DNA of 64,000 nucleotides, taken from Promethearchaeota archaeon (lineage in GTDB: Archaea; Asgardarchaeota; Lokiarchaeia; Sigyniarchaeales; SOKP01). Below are positions 20,583-32,422 of the stretch, piece by piece; within the stretch, counting starts at the first letter, position 1; the number at the start of each line of letters is the position of its first letter. The position numbers and the translations under genes were made by a program. The notes below the pieces were generated by a model. That model was not told where the DNA came from. It saw only the letters and a list, made by a program, of their open reading frames with translations, and ran no database searches. The stretch lies in the NCBI GenBank assembly GCA_029838195.1, contig JALGVJ010000017.1:105690-169689 (forward strand). The letters run 5' to 3'.

Positions 20583-21170
20583 ATGTCGGAATATAACGGA
20601 GAAAATACTTTTATTGAATGCCTCTGGATATTAGATAGCCGTTCGGGAATCTGTATCTTTGAGCAAAATTATGTTGATATCACGAAAGATAACGTGTCGG
20701 TCGATATCATTTCAAGTTTTTTTTCTGCCATCTTAAGCATAGCAAGAGAATCGTTTGTCGACCAGATTCAATATATCAAGTTTTCAAAACGAAAAATTTT
20801 CTTCAAATTTCATGAAGATCTTTTATTCATTATTTCGGTAAAAGATACACCACGAGGTAATGACTTTTGGGTTCAAAAAACCATTCAACAGATAGCTGAA
20901 CAATTTATCGCAAAATACAAACCTCAATTAATGAATTTTGATGGAAATATCTCCCAATTTAATGGGTTTTCAGACGATTTGGAAAAAATCGTGAGAGAAA
21001 AACCCTTACCCTTGAGAATCCTGCAAGTAGAGCAACTAAAAGAAGGTTTCAAGAAGTTCATTTCCTTTCAAATTAAATTATATAAAAAACGAAAAAAGGC
21101 TTTCGAGAAAATCATCGAGCAAATTAAAAAGGATTTCATGGATAATTATCGGTATTTAAATAAACTATAA
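20583..21170 (+). CDS. Longin-like domain protein (Asgard eukaryotic-signature type) with basic C-terminal helix
   Basis: LWIL..SGICIF...IISSFFSAI...F..KY...L..FDGNI..F..F pattern. Confidence 0.65.
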   Translation: MSEYNGENTFIECLWILDSRSGICIFEQNYVDITKDNVSVDIISSFFSAILSIARESFVDQIQYIKFSKRKIFFKFHEDLLFIISVKDTPRGNDFWVQKTIQQIAEQFIAKYKPQLMNFDGNISQFNGFSDDLEKIVREKPLPLRILQVEQLKEGFKKFISFQIKLYKKRKKAFEKIIEQIKKDFMDNYRYLNKL

Positions 21171-21336
21171 ATTATGCCTTAATTTCGCTTTTTTCCTTTT
21201 TTTTCTTTGAATGAGCCCAACCTTCTTTATTTATTAATACATGGTAATGAGTTAACTATATTAAGAATCACATCACGTTTAATAATTATATGTGCTTTTT
21301 GTATCTAATACAATTATAAAAATAAATGAAAAAATC

Positions 21337-22812
21337 ATGGCAGAAGATAAAGAATTAAAACGTGGGCTGAACTTGCCCATGGCTATTTTCATAATCATTG
21401 GAATGGTGATAGGTTCAAGCATCTGGATTTCTCCTGCAGCATGGCTGTCGAGAACCGGACCTGCTATTTTTATCTCTTATCTTATCGCCGTCATTCCTGC
21501 AATATTCGTGGCATACATCGCTGCATATATTGGGGCGGCGCTACCGGTTGCGGGGGGTACCTACATGATTAACTCACGCTTATTCAAGAGTAGTTTCCTG
21601 GGATTTTTAAGCGTTTGGTTAGTTATTTTAGCAGTAAGTGCTGCTTTAGCCTTTTTATCCGCGACTTTCGCTGTATTTCTCTCAGAAATCCTTCTAATTG
21701 CCGAGGAATCTAAAATGGCATTCGTGATTGGAGTAGGAGTTATTGTGTTGGTTGCTTTTTACATTCTGAACTTTTTTAAAGTGGAAATCACCGGGCTCGT
21801 GGAAATGATCATCACGATTTTTGGAGATATCTTGGTAATGTTGATTTTTATTTTTGCTGCCATCCCTGCGTTTAAAGTCAAGAATTTTCAACCGCTCATG
21901 CCCTTAGGATTTAGTCCTGTATTGTTTGCCGCTTTAACTTTTTATTTTTCGTACACTGGTTTCACTCTTATCATCGACGTAGCCGGGGAGGTAAAAAAAC
22001 CTCAGAGAAACATTCCTTTAGCTCTTTTAATAAGCATACCTCTCTTGACTATTCTTTATACCTTGCAAGCCCTGATGGTAGCGGGACTGCAGCCTTATGA
22101 TCAACCGGTAGGAACGGTGACGGAAATCATCTTAACGGGAGGATTACTTCCTCAAGGCACCATTATTTTCATTACGATTCTTATTGCCATTGCAATCGCC
22201 TCGACCTTGCATCCCTTATATTTGGCATTCTCCCGTGATCTCTTAATGGCAGGAAGAGATCAGTTATTTCCGGCTAAATTAGCTAAAGTACATGAAAGAT
22301 TCAAAACACCCATACCAGCGCTTACCGTTCTTTTCATTTTTGGACTTGCTTTTCTCCTTACGTTCATTCCAATATTCGGTCCTATTTATGGAATTGAAAC
22401 AGCCGCCGTTCTCCTCAGCGCAATCACAGGAGTCACAGTTTTAATATTACAAATTCCTATTTGCTTCGGAGCAGTTAAATTCAAGCAGAATTATCCTGAA
22501 TTGCATGAAAAATCAAGATTTAAACCCAGTGAGAAAAAAATAAAAATCATGGGCTGGGCAGGAGGGATATCTTCCTTGGTTTTTGTATTATTGTTATTCA
22601 CGGACCCTGATGCAGGCACCATCGTATCATTAATTCTGTTTCCTTTTGCTGGGGTAGGTGTAATTTTATACTTTATTAGGAAACTCATGCTGAAAAAACG
22701 GGGAATAGAAATCGCCACTATTGTAAAGACTTTTCCGGAGCAAGTTTCATTCGAAGAAGAAATTCCTCCTAAAAGTAAAATTGAGCGCTTAGCGGATGAG
22801 AAAGAACAATAA
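21337..22812 (+). CDS. APC-family amino acid permease
   Basis: ELKRGL...GMVIGSSI, AGGTY, GEVKKPQRNIP, ~12 TM. Confidence 0.9.
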   Translation: MAEDKELKRGLNLPMAIFIIIGMVIGSSIWISPAAWLSRTGPAIFISYLIAVIPAIFVAYIAAYIGAALPVAGGTYMINSRLFKSSFLGFLSVWLVILAVSAALAFLSATFAVFLSEILLIAEESKMAFVIGVGVIVLVAFYILNFFKVEITGLVEMIITIFGDILVMLIFIFAAIPAFKVKNFQPLMPLGFSPVLFAALTFYFSYTGFTLIIDVAGEVKKPQRNIPLALLISIPLLTILYTLQALMVAGLQPYDQPVGTVTEIILTGGLLPQGTIIFITILIAIAIASTLHPLYLAFSRDLLMAGRDQLFPAKLAKVHERFKTPIPALTVLFIFGLAFLLTFIPIFGPIYGIETAAVLLSAITGVTVLILQIPICFGAVKFKQNYPELHEKSRFKPSEKKIKIMGWAGGISSLVFVLLLFTDPDAGTIVSLILFPFAGVGVILYFIRKLMLKKRGIEIATIVKTFPEQVSFEEEIPPKSKIERLADEKEQ

Positions 22813-23291
22813 GAAAACACTTGAAACATGAACATGCCTTCAATACGTTTTTAATAATTTTTTTATTTTATTTGCATTTTTCTTTTAAAAGTTTTACTTT
22901 TGCTGAAGTATAGATGATTCATTTCATTTTGTTTTATCTTCACTCGTCATTTATTTACTCATTCACCTCATTCTCGTGTTTTACTATTATCATTCCTCTT
23001 TTGAAACTTTCCATCTCATTTTCCTTTTTGCTTTTTTCAATTTAGAAGGATTATATAGCATTAATTCTTTCATTAGGCCGAAATTGAGAGAAGCCACGCT
23101 ATTATCATGCGGGAAATGTCAAGTATTCTTATTATTAAGTATCAATAAACTATTTTTTTCTAATACAATTTTCTCACTTAATTTCATGGGTATTCTAAAT
23201 TAAAATCAAGAATTTAAAATGAGGAAAAAGAAAGCATGGAAAAAAAAAAGCTTTCCATGTTTCATTCATGAAATATATCAAGGTGCATAAA

Positions 23292-24914
23292 ATGGAATAT
23301 GATATAATCATAAAAAATGGGAAGATAATAGATGGCGCAGGCAATCCATGGTATCGAGGGGAAATCGGAATCAAAAATGGAAAAATCATGAAAATAAGGA
23401 CTAAAATCAATGAGCCTGCTGCGAAGATAGTTGATGCGAGGGGATTGATAGTATCTCCCGGCTTCATTGATATTCATTCTCATTCTGATCTCGTTTTGCC
23501 GATTTCAAGGACGTTGGAATCCACGCTCCATCAAGGCATTACAACGAGCGTGGTTGGAATGTGCGGGGACGGCATGGCGCCAATTCCCCCCGGGAAAGAA
23601 GAGGAATTCAAAAAAATAGTAGCAACCATGGATCCTGCGCTTGCTGAAATGGAGTATCCTTATCACACTTTTGCGGAATATCTGGATTTTTTACAGAGAA
23701 AAAAAATTTCGGCAAATCTGGCATTTTTAGTTGGATATGGGAATATTCGCTTTGCTGGGGGTCAAGGGGGTGAAAATAGGGATGCAACCCCGGAAGAGAT
23801 GGAAGCCATGAAGGGGTACTTGCGAGAGGCAATGGAGGCAGGAGCTTTTGGCATGAGCACGGGTTTAATTTATGCTCCTCAAATTTTTGCGAAGACGGAA
23901 GAAATCATTGAATTAATGAAAATAGTCGCAGAATATAATGGATATTATTTTTCTCACATTCGCGGGGAGGGAGAAAATGTAATTAATGCCGTTAAGGAAG
24001 TCATTGAGATCGTGGAAAAATCGGGCTGCGCTGGGGGGCAGATTGCTCATCATAAGATATCAGGAAAAGCATTTTGGGGGAGGAGTAAGGAAACGCTTCG
24101 CTTGATAGAAGAAGCAAATGAAAGAGGAATAAGCGTGACATGTGATCAGTATCCATATAATCGGGGCATGTCCGATTTACCAACAGCCTTGCCGGGTTGG
24201 GCACGAGAAGGGACAAAAACGGAGATCTTGGAACGCATAAGGAATCCCGAAATCCAAGCAAGAATTCGAAAAGAAGTGGAAGAGGGTCTTTTGCAAGGGG
24301 AAAATTGGATCAAGGATGAAAGATTTGAAAACATTTATATTTCGTCGGTGAGCAAGAAGGAATGGGAGGATGTTATGGGAAAATCCATATCAGAAATAAC
24401 TAAGATGAAAAATTTTAAAGATGACTGGGAAACATTTTTTAAACTCATCATTGAAAATGAATTGGCGGTAATGGTCACGATTGAGTCCATGGGAGAGGAA
24501 GACATTCGAAGAATCATGACCAGTCGGTATCAGATGGTTGGAACGGATGGATTTGGCATTCCAGTAGCTTTTAGCAGGGGGGCATTTCATCCTCGTTGTT
24601 TTGGCACGTATCCTCGGGTGTTAGGTAAATATGTCCGGGAAGAAAAGCTTTTAACGTTAGAGCAAGCTATTCGTAAGATGACGTCCTTTCCTGCTCAGAG
24701 GATTGGGATACAAGATAGGGGATTATTAATAGAAAATAGTTGGGCAGATATCGTAATTTTTAATCCGGATACAATAAGAGATAGAGCAACCTATGAACGC
24801 CCGTATCAAACTCCAGAAGGTATATCGCATGTCCTTGTAAATGGTGTAGTGATGATAAAAGATGGTAAGCAGAGTAAGAAAAAACCCGGCATGATAATAA
24901 GAAGGCCTACATGA
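23292..24914 (+). CDS. N-acyl-D-amino-acid deacylase (D-aminoacylase) family amidohydrolase
   Basis: PGFIDIHSHSD, GMCG, STGLIYAP, SHIR, HHK, GTDG, HPRCFGTYPR. Confidence 0.9.
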   Translation: MEYDIIIKNGKIIDGAGNPWYRGEIGIKNGKIMKIRTKINEPAAKIVDARGLIVSPGFIDIHSHSDLVLPISRTLESTLHQGITTSVVGMCGDGMAPIPPGKEEEFKKIVATMDPALAEMEYPYHTFAEYLDFLQRKKISANLAFLVGYGNIRFAGGQGGENRDATPEEMEAMKGYLREAMEAGAFGMSTGLIYAPQIFAKTEEIIELMKIVAEYNGYYFSHIRGEGENVINAVKEVIEIVEKSGCAGGQIAHHKISGKAFWGRSKETLRLIEEANERGISVTCDQYPYNRGMSDLPTALPGWAREGTKTEILERIRNPEIQARIRKEVEEGLLQGENWIKDERFENIYISSVSKKEWEDVMGKSISEITKMKNFKDDWETFFKLIIENELAVMVTIESMGEEDIRRIMTSRYQMVGTDGFGIPVAFSRGAFHPRCFGTYPRVLGKYVREEKLLTLEQAIRKMTSFPAQRIGIQDRGLLIENSWADIVIFNPDTIRDRATYERPYQTPEGISHVLVNGVVMIKDGKQSKKKPGMIIRRPT

Positions 24915-25350
24915 GCCCTTTCACGCTATCTTAAATGAATGTCGAAGAATCTTTTGGGGGATTATTTTAATTATTTCTTTTTTTTAAATTTTTTTCCCTA
25001 TTGTGATGGGATACGAAAGACTCTTATTTTCTAATATTTTCTAAAAATTACATTTTATCAGGCCATGAGGCCAGTCCTCCTCCACCATCTTCAAAATTAG
25101 AAGGTACCATGAAAGGATATTGTACATTAACCGCCCCCCTAAGAACAATGGGGTCATGTTCATTGTCAGGTGCCATGGATTTACCTGTATCCATTTGAAA
25201 TCACGTATTTCCCTTCCAATTAGATTTTTATACACGTAATATTAAGTTATAAGTAAGGCTTAATTTTATTGTAATTAAATTGATTGCTGAAAAAATACAA
25301 AATAAATAAAATAAATTCTTGTTTAACCTTAAAAACTATCTTGACTAATC

Positions 25351-26439
25351 ATGAAGCAACCAATAGCTATTTTGGGGGGTGGAAATGGAGGTCATCAAAT
25401 GGCGATTGATTTAGCTTTGCGAGGACAAGATGTTATACTCTGCGAACACCCTCAATTTAAAGATAAGTTTGAAAACACGTTAAAGACAAGGACAATTGAA
25501 TGCACGGGAATGCTAGAGGCAAAAACGGAGATTTACAAGACCACCATTGATTTTAAAATGGCTTTAAGAGAAGCCGATCTGATATATCTCGTGGTTCCGG
25601 CAATTGCTCATGAAACTTTTTTTGATCTCATGATACCACACCTCAAGGATGGGCACATTATCGTGATTTGGGCAGGTGATGCGGGAGCACTTCGATTAGC
25701 TAAGCGCTTGAGAGAAGAGGCTCCAAAATTGCGGGTAAAAATTGCAGAAACTAATACACTTCCCTATGGTACGAGACTAATTGGGCCTTCAAAATTGGAT
25801 CTTTTTGTAACGGCAAAAAAAATATTGTTCTCGGCCTTTCCTGCTTCAGACACCGAGGAAATTTTAGAAAGAGTAAAGGACACGTTTCCTGTGTTAGAAC
25901 CCATTGATAATGTTCTTTCCGTATCCTTTAGTAATCCCAATCCCACGGTTCATCCAGCTCCAAGCTTGTTGAATACGGGAAGGATTCAATATTCGAAAGG
26001 AGAATTTTACCTTTATCGTGAAGGGATTACGGAAGCCACTGGCAGGGTCATTAAAAAAGTATACGATGAAACCTTGGCAATTGCCAGAGCATTTGGGTTT
26101 AGAATGCGGGAATTTGAAGATGAAGAGTTTAGAAATCCTTGCAGCATAATGTGCGTGGATTTCTGGGCACCTTTTGATAAAGCGGGGATTGTCTCTAACA
26201 TGAAAGGGCCCTCCACGATCTATAATCGATATATCATTGAGGATTTACCATATGGATTAGTCCATCGTTCCCAACTGGGAGACGTCGTGAAGATCTCTAC
26301 TCCCATAATAGATTCGATTGTGAATTTAGGAGAAGCGGTATGTAATATGAAATTCTGGGAGGATAGAACTCTTGCTCACTTAGGATTGGATGGAAAGAAC
26401 AAGGCAGAAATCATGCAATACGTTCAAGAAGGGCATTAA
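25351..26439 (+). CDS. NAD/NADP octopine/nopaline (opine) dehydrogenase family protein
   Basis: GGGNGG Rossmann motif, ETNTLPY, NPNPTVHP, RYIIEDLPYGL. Confidence 0.88.
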   Translation: MKQPIAILGGGNGGHQMAIDLALRGQDVILCEHPQFKDKFENTLKTRTIECTGMLEAKTEIYKTTIDFKMALREADLIYLVVPAIAHETFFDLMIPHLKDGHIIVIWAGDAGALRLAKRLREEAPKLRVKIAETNTLPYGTRLIGPSKLDLFVTAKKILFSAFPASDTEEILERVKDTFPVLEPIDNVLSVSFSNPNPTVHPAPSLLNTGRIQYSKGEFYLYREGITEATGRVIKKVYDETLAIARAFGFRMREFEDEEFRNPCSIMCVDFWAPFDKAGIVSNMKGPSTIYNRYIIEDLPYGLVHRSQLGDVVKISTPIIDSIVNLGEAVCNMKFWEDRTLAHLGLDGKNKAEIMQYVQEGH

Positions 26440-27282
26440 TACATGCTGCCCTTTTTATGGTTAATATCTAACTTTTTTTATTTATTTTCTAACATGTACC
26501 GAATTTTTAAACATTCTCATTACATTCATTTATCAATGAAATCGAAAAAATTCAATAAAATTATTCGCTTACATGAATGAATTAGAACAGGATCTTAACA
26601 CGTGATGAAAACCTAAAATGATAATAAAAAATTAATGACGTTTAAATTCATTATCCGTCTCTTGAAAGATGTAGCTTTGCGGCTTTCGTTGCGACTTTTT
26701 TTATCGCTTGAATAAACGAGTTCATGAATTCTATCCCCAAATTCTTTTTTCTTTCCAATCAAGATTTTTAAATTGATCTAATTCGTGTTTCCAATCAATT
26801 CTTTTGAAAATTAAATCACTGCGCATTCTTTATTCTCCACTTTTTTGATTTTATCCGTAATCGTGCAGGTACGTTTTTCCTTGAAAAAAACCTTTAAAAC
26901 TTCAAAAGCGTCATGATAATTCTTTTGTTTTTTAATCTCCTTCTTCATTATTCTTGGTGTTCCCTTTTAATTAAAAGATTTATTATGAGGATAGAATAAT
27001 TAAAAAAATTTAAACATAAATTCTTAAGGAAAACTTTTACAAATCATCATTTTCTCGTTTTATTTTATATTGCCGTGAGAAGGAAGAATCGGAAAGTGTA
27101 ATCAATAAATTTAAGTCTTTTCTAATTATTAATGCTCTTTTATGGGCAGATGAAACAACAACAATAAAATTTTTAAACTTAGCAAAGATTTATTTTAGCA
27201 TTGGGTTTCTACTTGATATTTTTTACTTAAATTAATAAAATAATATAGATTATAATTAAAAGAAAGATTAAAATGTGATTAT

Positions 27283-28290
27283 ATGGCCGTTAAAAATAAA
27301 GAATCCATAATGGAAGTGGCAAAGATCAATCCGAAATTAGCGGAATTGCTCGAAGAAGATGCGAAGCTAAGTGAAATGGCAGCAGCCCAATTTGCGAAAA
27401 TGAAAGGAATATCCGTGGAGGATGCGATCAATAGAAGAGGAGATTGGGGCATTATATTAGAGTTAACCCGCTTTATATCCGATTATTTAGCCAAGGAAAA
27501 TAATAAAAGATTACCAAAGGATATTAAATTTGAACGAGTAGATGCTGGCGGCATTCCGGCAGAATGGATCTTAAATCCAAACGCTACGGATGAGGGAATT
27601 CTATTTCATTTATTTGGAGGAGGATACATCATGGGAAGTTTGGAAACGAGAAGAACGAATCCCTCGATGATAGCACGAGCGGCTAATATACGTTGCTTAA
27701 ACGTTCAGTATCGCCTCGCACCTGAATATCCTTTCCCGGCAGCCGTAGAAGATTCGATTCAAGCATATAGATGGTTATTGTCGACAGGTATAAATTCAAA
27801 AAAAATAATTATTGAAGGAGAATCAGCTGGAGGAGGTCTTTCAGTTGCCACCTTGCTTAAAATAAAAGAATTATCTTTACCCATGCCGGCAGGTGCCATT
27901 TTATTGTCTCCTTGGGTTGATTTGACTTGTAAAGGAAAATCCATTAAAACAAATGCGAAGTATGAACCTGAACTAGCATCTTCCGTGAGAGCCTTGGCAA
28001 GCCTTTATTTAAATGGCGCTAATCGAAAGAATCCGCTTGCTTCTCCACTTCATGGGGATTTGTCGGGATTACCCCCATTATTAATACAAGTTGGAGAAAT
28101 AGAAGTATTACGTGATGAATGCGTGGCTTTAGCAGAAAAGGCACGAGATGCTGGTGTAGATGTCACGCTTGAAGTATGGAAAGGCATGACTCATGTTTTT
28201 CAGAGTTTTGGTGATGCGCTTCCAGAAAGTAAAAAAGCCATTGAAAGCATAAAAGAGTTTATTCATCGAGTCCTCAACATTAAAAAATAG
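27283..28290 (+). CDS. Alpha/beta hydrolase, HSL-family esterase
   Basis: FGGG oxyanion loop (HGGG variant), YRLAPE, GESAGG, HVF. Confidence 0.88.
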   Translation: MAVKNKESIMEVAKINPKLAELLEEDAKLSEMAAAQFAKMKGISVEDAINRRGDWGIILELTRFISDYLAKENNKRLPKDIKFERVDAGGIPAEWILNPNATDEGILFHLFGGGYIMGSLETRRTNPSMIARAANIRCLNVQYRLAPEYPFPAAVEDSIQAYRWLLSTGINSKKIIIEGESAGGGLSVATLLKIKELSLPMPAGAILLSPWVDLTCKGKSIKTNAKYEPELASSVRALASLYLNGANRKNPLASPLHGDLSGLPPLLIQVGEIEVLRDECVALAEKARDAGVDVTLEVWKGMTHVFQSFGDALPESKKAIESIKEFIHRVLNIKK

Positions 28291-28783
28291 AAATTCAGAA
28301 TGGTGCCAAGGGGTTATTAATAATGCAGCATGAGCTTTACATGCCCTATTTTCATGTATCTTTTTTATTTGGAAAGAAATCGTGTCCATTTCTCCGAAAC
28401 ACTATCGAAGAAGATAAAATAATGGGGTCCATGATCCAGCAAATCTCTTCCTCTATTCTGCTTATCCAAAAGACGACATACTCCTTGATTTTTAGCACTA
28501 TTAATACCTAATTTCTTGAAGATATTTAAATCTCGTTAAGTCCATTTGGCTTCCAAATCAAGAATAGAATTAGTCATTTCTAATACTCATTTTTTTACAT
28601 GATTGCGTTAATTCTTTAAAAGCGAGATTAAATAATTAATAGTTTCATAGAGGTTTCAACTTACTGGATGACCTTTTTAAAAATATTATTTGGGACGTGA
28701 AAAAAGTACGTGAAACCCTCCTTTCACGATCATTCAAGTTAATTTCAATAAAAATAAAAATTAGAGTTAAAAAAAGAAATGAA

Positions 28784-29197
28784 TTAAGATTTGAGTTTCG
28801 AGAGAACTCGGTCTAATTCCTCATTAGTAGCACTCGTTTTAGGGAGGGATAATCTAATTTTCATGTCTCCGAACGTTCTTGGGATGATGTGTACGTGCGA
28901 GTGATTTATTTCTTGGCCAGCAGCTTTAAAATTATTTTGAACAACATTATATCCATCGATGTTTAATTTCTCATGAAGCAACATTGCAATTTTTTTGACT
29001 ACTTGAAATAACTTAGAAAGCTCATCGTCCGGAAGATCTTCTAACGTGTTATAATGCTTTTTTGGAATTACTATAGCATGTCCTTCCGAGATGGGATTGA
29101 TGTCTAAAAATGCCATGTTATCTTCATTTTCAAAAATAATTTTTGATGGAATTTCTTTTTGCACGATTTTACAAAAAATACACGTTTCATCACTCAT
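28784..29197 (-). CDS. HIT family hydrolase
   Basis: CIFC, HSHVHII. Confidence 0.92.
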   Translation of the reverse strand: MSDETCIFCKIVQKEIPSKIIFENEDNMAFLDINPISEGHAIVIPKKHYNTLEDLPDDELSKLFQVVKKIAMLLHEKLNIDGYNVVQNNFKAAGQEINHSHVHIIPRTFGDMKIRLSLPKTSATNEELDRVLSKLKS

Positions 29198-29356
29198 TTT
29201 GAATGGCCCATTTTCTTTTTCTGGTAGATTAAAATGAATAGAAATCTATTTTGAATAGGTTTTAGTGCTTTAAAAGTTTTAAGCTAAAAGCCTTTCTCTC
29301 AATGAAAGATAGCACCGTTCCTAATATTTTTTAAATATAAATACCTTTTAAATTGC

Positions 29357-30514
29357 ATGCCTTTAACAAAACGAAATCGCGTGTTTAAAACTTTAGAGCT
29401 CGATGGAGAACCTGACATGGTTCCAATTCATACTTTAGGCTTTGAACAAACGGGCACGGCGTTCCAAGTCTTTTTGAAATCTAAAGAAAGAGAAAAATAT
29501 CATGGACGGGTACAATCAACTACTTCGAACGTGAAATATTACATTACTGAACAGAGATTCTGGAATGTAGATTTATATGCCATGGACCCTTGGCCCGCAA
29601 AACTGAAAGAACGATCAAAAAAAGCCCCGCCGAAATATCCCGATTGTAGGATAAATCTAATTAATGGCAAGCTTTATAAAATCGTCAAACAAATAGAAAC
29701 GGGTATAGATTATTCGTGGTATATGGGAGGTTTTTATACCGATCCTGAAATAGTTCATTCTTATTGGGAACAATACGGCCGTCCTACAGAATTAATTAAT
29801 GATAGGGTGAATTACTCCCCTAAAGTTTGGGAAGGATTTGTTGAAGCCTTAGCCCCTTATTTTTATCCCGCGGCAATGCTACCGTTAGCCCCCAATGAAT
29901 CTTTATTTGAAGGCATGACAATAGCAAAAGTGGCTTATTACATGAGAAAAAATCCTCAATTCATTCATGAAGTCATGAGTGAATATACTAATGTAAATTT
30001 AGAAATCATCAAGCGTTTTTCTGAAGCAGGAGTGGATTTAGCTTGGTTGTTTGATGATTTAGGCTATAAGGGTAAATCTATTTTTTCAATAGATGATTTC
30101 AAAAAATTCATTCTTCCCTATTATAAAAAAATTTATGATGCTTGTCACAAACACGGCATGCTAATTATTCAGCATTCTTGTGGATACATTGATAAACTCT
30201 TGCCTTACATGGCTGATGCCGGACTGGATGCAATTCAGGCACTTGAACCTGCCGCTGGAGTAGATTTAAAAGCATTAAAAGAGAATTTAGGGGATAAAAT
30301 ATGTTTTATCGGAGGAATGGATTCTTCACGGGTTCTAAATTTTGGAACTCCTAAAGAAGTAGAGGAAGACGTAAAAAAATGCATTAAAGCCGCAGCTCCC
30401 GGAGGAGGGTATTTTGCCGGGCCCTCCCACAATATCCTAAACGTTCCTTGGGAAAATATATTAGCGTTGAGAGATGCAATAGAGAAATATCGAAAATATC
30501 CTTTACGATTTTAA
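29357..30514 (+). CDS. Uroporphyrinogen decarboxylase / MtaA-CmuA methyltransferase family protein
   Basis: DDLG, HSCG, GGMD, GGGYF TIM-barrel motifs. Confidence 0.8.
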   Translation: MPLTKRNRVFKTLELDGEPDMVPIHTLGFEQTGTAFQVFLKSKEREKYHGRVQSTTSNVKYYITEQRFWNVDLYAMDPWPAKLKERSKKAPPKYPDCRINLINGKLYKIVKQIETGIDYSWYMGGFYTDPEIVHSYWEQYGRPTELINDRVNYSPKVWEGFVEALAPYFYPAAMLPLAPNESLFEGMTIAKVAYYMRKNPQFIHEVMSEYTNVNLEIIKRFSEAGVDLAWLFDDLGYKGKSIFSIDDFKKFILPYYKKIYDACHKHGMLIIQHSCGYIDKLLPYMADAGLDAIQALEPAAGVDLKALKENLGDKICFIGGMDSSRVLNFGTPKEVEEDVKKCIKAAAPGGGYFAGPSHNILNVPWENILALRDAIEKYRKYPLRF

Positions 30515-31003
30515 TTTTTACTTTCTATATTATTTATGATTGTAGTAGATTTATAGTGGAATTATTATTAATCATCTTTATCGTTCATTTTTTTCAGAAG
30601 TAGGCATGTTGTAATGTAATGAATTACCCAAGATAATGATATTTTTTTCCTCTATCATTTAACATGATGATATCATAATCTTTTAATAGAATGATAAAGC
30701 ACGGTAAATATTGTCCAATAATCATTTTTATACTTGCATTCTAATAAGAGGGCTTAATTGAAAAAAATTAATTTTAATTCTGCTTAATGAGTTTAATTTA
30801 AGAAAATGGTTTTTAAAACCCATATATGTTCATGTACTTTTTGTAATATGAAATTCAAATCATCTTTTAGAAATAAAAGGCGCTCTTTTATATTAAATTA
30901 AAAATGATTTCATTTTTAAATAAATAAATCTCTTTTTATATGGTAGAATACTTATTTTATTTATTAAAATTAATTTAATACTAAATATAGAAAAAGATTA
31001 AAA

Positions 31004-32422
31004 ATGAGTCAATTGAAAAGCCAAAATGAAGCTTCTAATGAGAGTTATACCCTTAAGGATCGAATTTTTTTCGGAATAAGTGCCATTCCTGATCAGTTAA
31101 CCTATCAATCCTTTACTCTTCTTGTATTCACTTATTATTTTGCTGTTATAGGCTTGGACGTCTTACTCGTAATGACTTGCTATATCATCTGGGGTGTTTG
31201 GAATGCGGTAAACGATCCCGTCCTTGGGGCCCTCTCAGATCGGACGAGATTTAAAAAAAGATTCGGGAAGCGCAAGTTTTACTTTATTATCTCAATCATA
31301 CCTCTAAGTTTGATCATGGTATTGTTATTCTCAGTACCTATTACTAATTCGTTTATTGAATTTATTTATTTTATTATAGTAATTTTAACTTTCGAGCTCG
31401 TATATACAATGTATAGTGTCAATGTGAATGCAATTTTTCCGGAAATGTTTCCTACGGAAAATGAAAGAGCAAAAACAAATATATTTATCAAAGGATTTAC
31501 AGTTATTGCCGTTATTTGTGCCAGTCTTCTTCCAACAATTATCATTTCGCCCATGGTTCCGGTTGAACAAAACCCCTCTGTGGAAACAATTCTACATTTT
31601 CGATCAATGTATATCATAGCAGGATTAATTCTTGGTGTTATTATACTTTTAACAGGAATTCTATTCATATCTAAAGGAGTGAGAGAAAAAGAAGAACATT
31701 TGGAAGATTTTGAAAATCGTCCGAAATTTTTTGAATCGCTGAAATTCTGTCTAAAAAACAAGACATTTTTAAAATTTACTGTTGCAAACATGTGTATATG
31801 GTATTGCTTTACAACTTTATTGACGATATTCCCCTTATATTGTACGTGGGTTCTTGGTTATAAAGAAGAATCAATGCTTATCGGTATTGCTTTGATGCTT
31901 GCTTTAATTGTTGCGGCATTAGTCTTACCAATGTATAAAAAAATTGGTCAAAAAATTGGAATGAGGAATGGTTTAATCCTTGCTGAAGTATTATGGATTG
32001 GCTTATTATTCCCTTTTATTCTTCTTAATAATGATCCAAATATTAGAATGTTTGGTATTCTTGTTACAGCTTCTCAAGGATTGGCTTTAGGGGGGGCATT
32101 GTTTTATGTGGATATTTTAATCGGCGATGTCATAGATGCAGATGAGGTTCAATTTGGAATGAAGAGATCAGCAAGTTATTATGGAGTTAATGCTTTTATT
32201 CATAGATTCTCTCAAATTTTTTCAATGATTACAATAGGACTTATTTTTTCAGGAACGGGGTGGTCACAATATCAACCTAATCCAGGTGCTAATATATTAT
32301 TGGGTTTAAAATCGATAATTTTTCTTTTTCCGGCAATTGCACTGATAATTTCAATATTGTGTTTAAAATCTTTTGAATTACATGGCCAAAAATTGAAAGA
32401 AATGAGAGAAAAAAAACAATAA
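31004..32422 (+). CDS. MFS transporter, GPH family
   Basis: WNAVNDPVLGALSDRT...GKR. Confidence 0.87.
   Translation: MSQLKSQNEASNESYTLKDRIFFGISAIPDQLTYQSFTLLVFTYYFAVIGLDVLLVMTCYIIWGVWNAVNDPVLGALSDRTRFKKRFGKRKFYFIISIIPLSLIMVLLFSVPITNSFIEFIYFIIVILTFELVYTMYSVNVNAIFPEMFPTENERAKTNIFIKGFTVIAVICASLLPTIIISPMVPVEQNPSVETILHFRSMYIIAGLILGVIILLTGILFISKGVREKEEHLEDFENRPKFFESLKFCLKNKTFLKFTVANMCIWYCFTTLLTIFPLYCTWVLGYKEESMLIGIALMLALIVAALVLPMYKKIGQKIGMRNGLILAEVLWIGLLFPFILLNNDPNIRMFGILVTASQGLALGGALFYVDILIGDVIDADEVQFGMKRSASYYGVNAFIHRFSQIFSMITIGLIFSGTGWSQYQPNPGANILLGLKSIIFLFPAIALIISILCLKSFELHGQKLKEMREKKQ

Noticed and set aside
25040-28560. Coding-like remnants near 25045-25200, 26630-26950 and 28350-28560
   Set aside because: Interrupted by stops and not assignable to a family by eye.
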